From the NCBI GenBank assembly GCA_002269645.1, contig NIVC01000012.1, positions 1,302,001 through 1,366,000 of the forward strand: a stretch of DNA of 64,000 bases, read 5' to 3'. The stretch's first letter is position 1, and each line of letters opens with the position of its first letter. This DNA comes from Macrostomum lignano (Eukaryota). Of the stretch, positions 57,440 to 64,000 are shown piece by piece. The notes beneath the pieces were generated by a model. The model did no database searches. It worked only from the letters and a program-made list of their open reading frames with translations, and had not been told where the DNA came from. The translations under genes and the position numbers were made by a program.

Positions 57440-58468
57440 AAAGGTGTGCTAGATTGGGTACAGGAGTGCAAGGTGTGCTAGATAAGGGACAGGAGTGCAA
57501 GGTGTGCTAGATTAGGCACATAAGTGCAATTTGTGCTAGATAAGGGACAGGAGTGCAAGGTGTGCTAGATTAGGCACAAAAGTGCAAAGGTGTGCTAGAT
57601 TGGGGACAGGAGTGCAAGGTGTGCTAGATTAGGGCAAGACTGCAAGGTGTGTTAGATTAGGGACAGGAGTGCAAGGTGTGCTAGATTAGGGCAAGACTGC
57701 AAGGTGTGCTAGATTAGGGACAGGAGTGCAAGGTGTGCTAGATTAGGCACAAAAGTGCAAAGGTGTGCTAGATTGGGGACAGGAGTGCAAGGTGTGCTAG
57801 ATTAGGCACAAAAGTGCAAAGGTGTGCTAGATTGGGGACAGGAGTGCAAGGTGTGCTAGATTAGGCACAGAAGTGAAATTTGTGCTAGGTTAAGGCAGGA
57901 GTGCAAGGTGTGCTAGATAAGGGACAGGAGTGCAAAGGTGTGCTAGATAAGGGACAAGAGTGCAAGGTGTGCTAGATTAGGCACAAAAGTGCAAAGGTGT
58001 GCTAGATTGGGGACAGGAGTGCAAGGTGTGCTAGATTAGGGCAAGACTGCAAGGTGTGTTAGATTAGGGACAGGAGTGCAAGGTGTGCTAGATTAGGGCA
58101 AGACTGCAAGGTGTGCTAGATTAGGGACAGGAGTGCAAGGTGTGCTAGATTAGGCACAAAAGTGCAAAGGTGTGCTAGATTGGGGACAGGAGTGCAAGGT
58201 GTGCTAGATTAGGCACAAAAGTGCAAAGGTGTGCTAGATTGGGGACAGGAGTGCAAGGTGTGCTAGATTAGGCACAGAAGTGAAATTTGTGCTAGGTTAA
58301 GGCAGGAGTGCAAGGTGTGCTAGATAAGGGACAGGAGTGCAAAGGTGTGCTAGATAAGGGACAAGAGTGCAAGGTGTGCTAGATTAGGGCAAGATTGCAA
58401 GGTGTGCTAGATTAGAGCAAGACTGCAAGGTGTGCTAGATTAGGGACAAAAGTGCAAGGTGTGCTAGC
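57440..58468. repeat. ca.29-bp tandem repeat (GTGCAAGGTGTGCTAGATTAGGGACAGGA)n with higher-order duplication
   Basis: Directly visible. Confidence 0.94.
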
Positions 58469-59475
58469 AGAAGATCCTATGCGGGCTAGAAGGAGACAGG
58501 GTGCTGCAAACACAGACACCCAAACTACACATGTAAAATCTACAGGAATGTGTAAATCCCACAGATTCCTGAAGGTGTACAGACTCAGGTAGTGTATACT
58601 TACTGAGTCCCTAAGTTGGCCCCTGTTGTCGGAACCAAACTGCTCAAACTACTGAATAATTACTCAGATTACAACTCAGACTGAGAAGTTCCTGCTGGTC
58701 CTACGCCATTGTAACAAGGGAAAGTACATTGCGTGTAGGAGGGCTGATAATAACTGTAATGGTTTGCCATGTAAAAAAAATGTGGAATCCAATTACAGAG
58801 CTGTCTCTTATCGTCATCTTGATAGTCAAGGAATTCATTTTGACGACTTGAGTTTACTTAATTGGCTAAAACATGTTACAGATAAAATAGTATGAGAATG
58901 ATATTTACAGGACTCTGCCAGATAGACTCTATTTGTATATTTCAATATACCAGAGAAATATGAACGCTACGTGTACACTTGGCAAATGCCAACGGCACTA
59001 ATGGCTCCGAGGCCACGCCCACGCCAAAAAATGCAGACAATAATGATTTACGATCTGAAATGTGCCTATCTAATTAATAGCGCTTAGGTTAGAAAGCCAG
59101 CGGTCTAGATGTCCTGCAAACTTCTTACTTGAAGAATTTTCTTCGATTTTAACAAACGACATCTGCTCCACTCTAGCAACTTTTGTAGTCGCGGTTGGGT
59201 GTTTACAGTTCTGAAGCCACCAGCCTGTGATTTAGAATTTCCATTGTTCCATAGCCCATGACTGTGACTGTGGAACAGGCTCAGCGTGACATGAGGCTTT
59301 ATTAATTCATTACAGTCAATTAAATATTCACCTAAAGGCAACCTTATTCAGCTGGGCCTCGAAAGTGACATTACCTTCACTTTTTGCGCTACACCATATG
59401 CACTCATACACTCATATTAGGAGCCCGTTCCGCTAGGAACAGAAGGATTGATGCATGAATATACCCGTGACGTAA

Positions 59476-60490
<1,015 letters not shown>

Positions 60491-61174
60491 AATAGAATTG
60501 GTGATGCAGCCAATTTTGCCAATTAAGCTGCTGCGGCTAGCGCAGATTCTGCGGATGAAAAGCGGTAATCTGTGAGGGCTGCGGGCGGTTGGCGGTGCTC
60601 GCACTGAGACTGCGATGGTTGTGGTGGTGGTGGGAGGCGGTCAGCCAAAATGATAGGCGATTGCCAAGTCCGCTGAGGTCCCCGCCCGGGGAGCGGCAAA
60701 GTGTATCCTTGCAAAGTGGCTAGGCGGGAGAGAGGGTGCAGTATCCGGGCACCAATGCTAACTTTTCGATCAATAACTTAATGCAGTGGCCAAAGTGATA
60801 AAAAACCCTGATTTTCTCCTTTCCAACGAATATTTCTATGGTTCTCTGTTTGGCTTCCAGCCTCTGCCCGTCTGCTAATGCCATTGCTAAATACGCCGCC
60901 GCGGGAATTATCGTAGACTGGGCGATGAAGCTGCGGATGCTGGTATGCCGCGCGCAATGAGCTGGGTCGGTGGGCGTTTTACGGAGATTGTCTGCTGACT
61001 CATTGTTCCCAGAGAGGATGTTTAGCCAGGCTGAGGGATGCACGGGCTGAATGAGCCTGTCAACCCGTCAGTAAACTCTCAGGGCTGCAATTAATGACTG
61101 ATTGAGTTCCAGGTTTGAAAGCTGCATGACTCTTGATACAGTTTATCAGCATTATTGCCCAACTTAGTTCTGCT

Positions 61175-62032
61175 TGTTTCCTAACCGGAAGTGACAGGAG
61201 TTTCCTAGTAGATATGGCTGTTTTCCTAACCGGAAGTGACAGGAGTTTCCTAGTAGATATGGCTGTTTTCCTAACCGGAAGTGACAGGAGTTTCCTAGTA
61301 GATATGGCTGTTTTCCTAACCGGAAGTGACAGGAGTTTCCTAGTAGATATGGCTGTTTTCCTAACCGGAAGTGACAGGAGTTTCCTAGTAGATATGGCTG
61401 TTTTCCTAACCGGAAGTGACAGGAGTTTCCTAGTAGATATGGCTGTTTTTTCTAACCGGAAGTGACAGGAGTTTCCTAAGTAGATGTGGCTGTTTAATTC
61501 TGACCGGAAGTGACTGGAGTTCCCTAAGTAGATGTGGCTGTTTAATTCTGACCGGAAGTGACTGGAGTTCCCTAAGCAGATATGACTGTTTAATTCTGAC
61601 CTGAAGTGACTGGAGTTCCCTAAGCAGATATGGCTGTTTATTTCTGACCGGAAGTGACTGGAGTTCCCTAAGCAGATATGGCAGTTTATTTCTGACCGGA
61701 AGTGACTGGAGTTCCCTAAGCAGATATGGCAGTTTAATTCTGACCGGAAGTGACTGGAGTTCCCTAAGCAGATATGGCAGTTTAATTCTGACTGGAAGTG
61801 ACTGGAGTTCCCTAAGCAGATATGGCAGTTTAATTCTGACCGGAAGTGACTGGAGTTCCCTAAGCAGATATGGCAGTTTATTTCTGACCGGAAGTGACTG
61901 GAGTTCCCTAAGCAGATATGGCTGTTTATTTCTGACCGGAAGTGACTGGAGTTCCCTAAGCAGATATGACTGTTTTCCTGATCGGAAGTGCCTGGAGTTT
62001 TCTGAAATGACAGCAATTTCTTCACCGGAAGT
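61175..62032. repeat. 45/48-bp tandem repeat, each unit with an ACCGGAAGTG core
   Basis: Left block of 45-bp units (CTAACCGGAAGTGACAGGAGTTTCCTAGTAGATATGGCTGTTTTC), right block of 48-bp units. Confidence 0.96.
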
Positions 62033-64000
62033 GGAGAAAATATCTAATTAAATTGCGCAAAATCACGTCAACTTTTTTTCGAGAATCGGAGATGGCAAGC
62101 AAGATTTCATTGCCAAACAGAATTCACCAATAGCTCATCTTTGGAAATTTCTGATCATTTTTCTATTATCTAAATTTACCTAGCTTTTTTGCTATTCCAT
62201 TTAGAATTTAACATTCAGTCCAATTATTTTTGGTTGAAGTGCTTCATTCTCTCTCCCACTGTCTCCCTGCTTCCAGTTTCCCTCTCTTCCTTCTGCCCTT
62301 CATCTATCAAAATAGTGCCTGTGCCCTCAATCCCTTTGCTTCGTTCGGGCCAAGCCAGTTCCTCGTGTTTTTCTGGCAGAGTCTATCAGTCGAGTTTTAG
62401 GACAGGACAGGTTCAACCGGGGAGCCCCGCTGCCCTAAGGAGGCAGACAAACACCCGCTTGTGTATAACGGATGTCGCAAAAAAAGTTTTTTTTTGCACT
62501 TTTTGCGCTTCCAGCCGCGTCCTAGCCTTACCCTTCAACCCGGTGCAACAGGTATAAATATGCTGCTGCTAAGCCTAATAAAAAGGGAGTTAATATTTGA
62601 ACTCTTATTCCACATACAGAATTTGATGGACTGGGGTTCCCTACTATCTTATCGGCATGAATCTCATTCGTGACATTTGAAATCTGCAATCTGTAAGACT
62701 ACATGGAGTTTCTGCTTAGAGAGACTTTATTGACCTAGCAAAGTCTCTAGTGTCGAAGTTTCTTTATAGGTTAGCTAGATAATTTGCCAAATTCTTGACA
62801 AGAATCAATCTTAGCGAACACTGTTTGGATAGATCGATAGATACCTTCAGTTTCAAGCTTCAAAAGTACAAGGATTTAGAATCTTAAGAATCTTCTGAAG
62901 CTTCGGTTTTTAAAAATTCTGTCTTGATCTTGTGCATGGATGCGCGCTCCTGTATTTAAACTAATAAAATATTTGAACTGGATTTGCGAAAACAGTTCAA
63001 TGGACCTCAGACCCTCGGCCACTATCAGGCTATTTTCTAAATGATCCCGCGCTCAAGTCAAGCAAAAATCCTTTAAACAGAGATTAGCAAACCGACTCCA
63101 GTTCGGTATTAGTCAAATAACTGACTCAAACTGGCTCAAAGTCCGATTTGTCAAACTGGATTATCGTTGTAAAACGCACTGGATTCAAAAGCAAGTCCAA
63201 AGCAAGGCTGAGTCAAATTAAACAAGATAATTTTTACATTAAAAAACGTTTCTAAACACGCGTCAGTAGCTTCACAGCAGACAAACTGAAGCTCGACTAG
63301 CTCCAAGTCTTGAGCTACACAAACATTAAAAGAGTCCCAAGCCTGACTATGATCTGATGGTGGCTGACAAAGTCGCATCACCCCTATTCACCGGACCCCT
63401 CTGGGTAACTCTACCATTTACTGTATGCAAGGCAACTGGTGGGTAAACTTTGATACACTGACTTGTTGCGAAGGCATACTAAAAAAAGTTTTGCATTATG
63501 AAAATAACAATAACTATGAATTAGTTCAGATCCGAAAAAAGAAGCTAGAAAGTAGGTTGCGCAAAGTTGATTAACGTAGTCGGATAATTTTTTATTGGAA
63601 AAGTTCCGATTTGAACTGTAGGATAAACTTTCTGGCAATAAAACTGATGTCTCTGCATTTCGAATAAGAATTAGGACTGCACAATGCGTGGGGAACTGCA
63701 GTGGGTAGAGGATGGGAAAGAATTAGAGAAGGGAGTGGGAGATAGAAGGTAGGGAGAGAGATTTGGGTGAGAAAGAGATAGAGATTAGTGAGAGGGAGAC
63801 AGAGATCAGGTGAAAAGAACAGTAGCTGCGGGTCTAGAACACTAGTTGGTGTTGCAGAAATGCAACAAGTGCTGCTATTTCAGCAGGATGAATTTGCGCA
63901 GCTGCTGTAACCAGCAACTACGGATTACGCAGAAAAACCTACATAGGTGTAAACATTAGTTTTTTTCTCATAGCGAAAACTTAACCGGTACACTGAAATA

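Noticed and set aside
60500-61070. Minus-strand ORF with IIPAAAYLAMAL, reminiscent of a PKS dehydratase motif; also tested as Shaw exon 2
   Set aside because: The catalytic His is not at the expected spacing and no other PKS features are present; no + frame gives VEPCCW

Overview
Eukaryotic (animal) genomic DNA, AT-rich and intron-rich. By my rough sum about 28 kb of the 64 kb is tandem repeat, in about 30 different arrays that lie mostly inside introns. This style suggests a free-living flatworm such as Macrostomum, but that is inference only. Manual splice-site and phase reconstruction gives seven protein-coding genes. (1) A 9-exon nicotinic acetylcholine receptor alpha subunit (+, 497-6962). 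(2) An intronless secreted, probably GPI-anchored, Cys-containing orphan (-, 8803-9579). (3) A 2-exon TNF-receptor-like type I membrane protein with an unusual 8-Cys repeat (+, 12387-14031). (4) An approximately 25-exon WDR49/CFAP337-like EF-hand + WD40 ciliary gene (-, 46530-15773). (5, 6) Two small 2-exon membrane-protein genes nested antisense in adjacent WDR49 introns (+, 33330-34162 and 36278-38237); the first carries a PP1-docking RVxF-like motif. (7) The first coding exon (T1 domain) of a Shaw/Kv3 channel (+, 51415-51696), whose next exon was not found in the window. Two tRNA-derived SINEs and two TA-flanked MITE-like hairpins are also present. Most long ORFs in the supplied track are repeat artefacts. 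The most interesting signals are the nested antisense genes, pairs of related satellites in inverted orientation on either side of single exons, a satellite carrying about 16 perfect ETS sites in the Shaw intron, and unusual pore and ligand-site residues in the nAChR.
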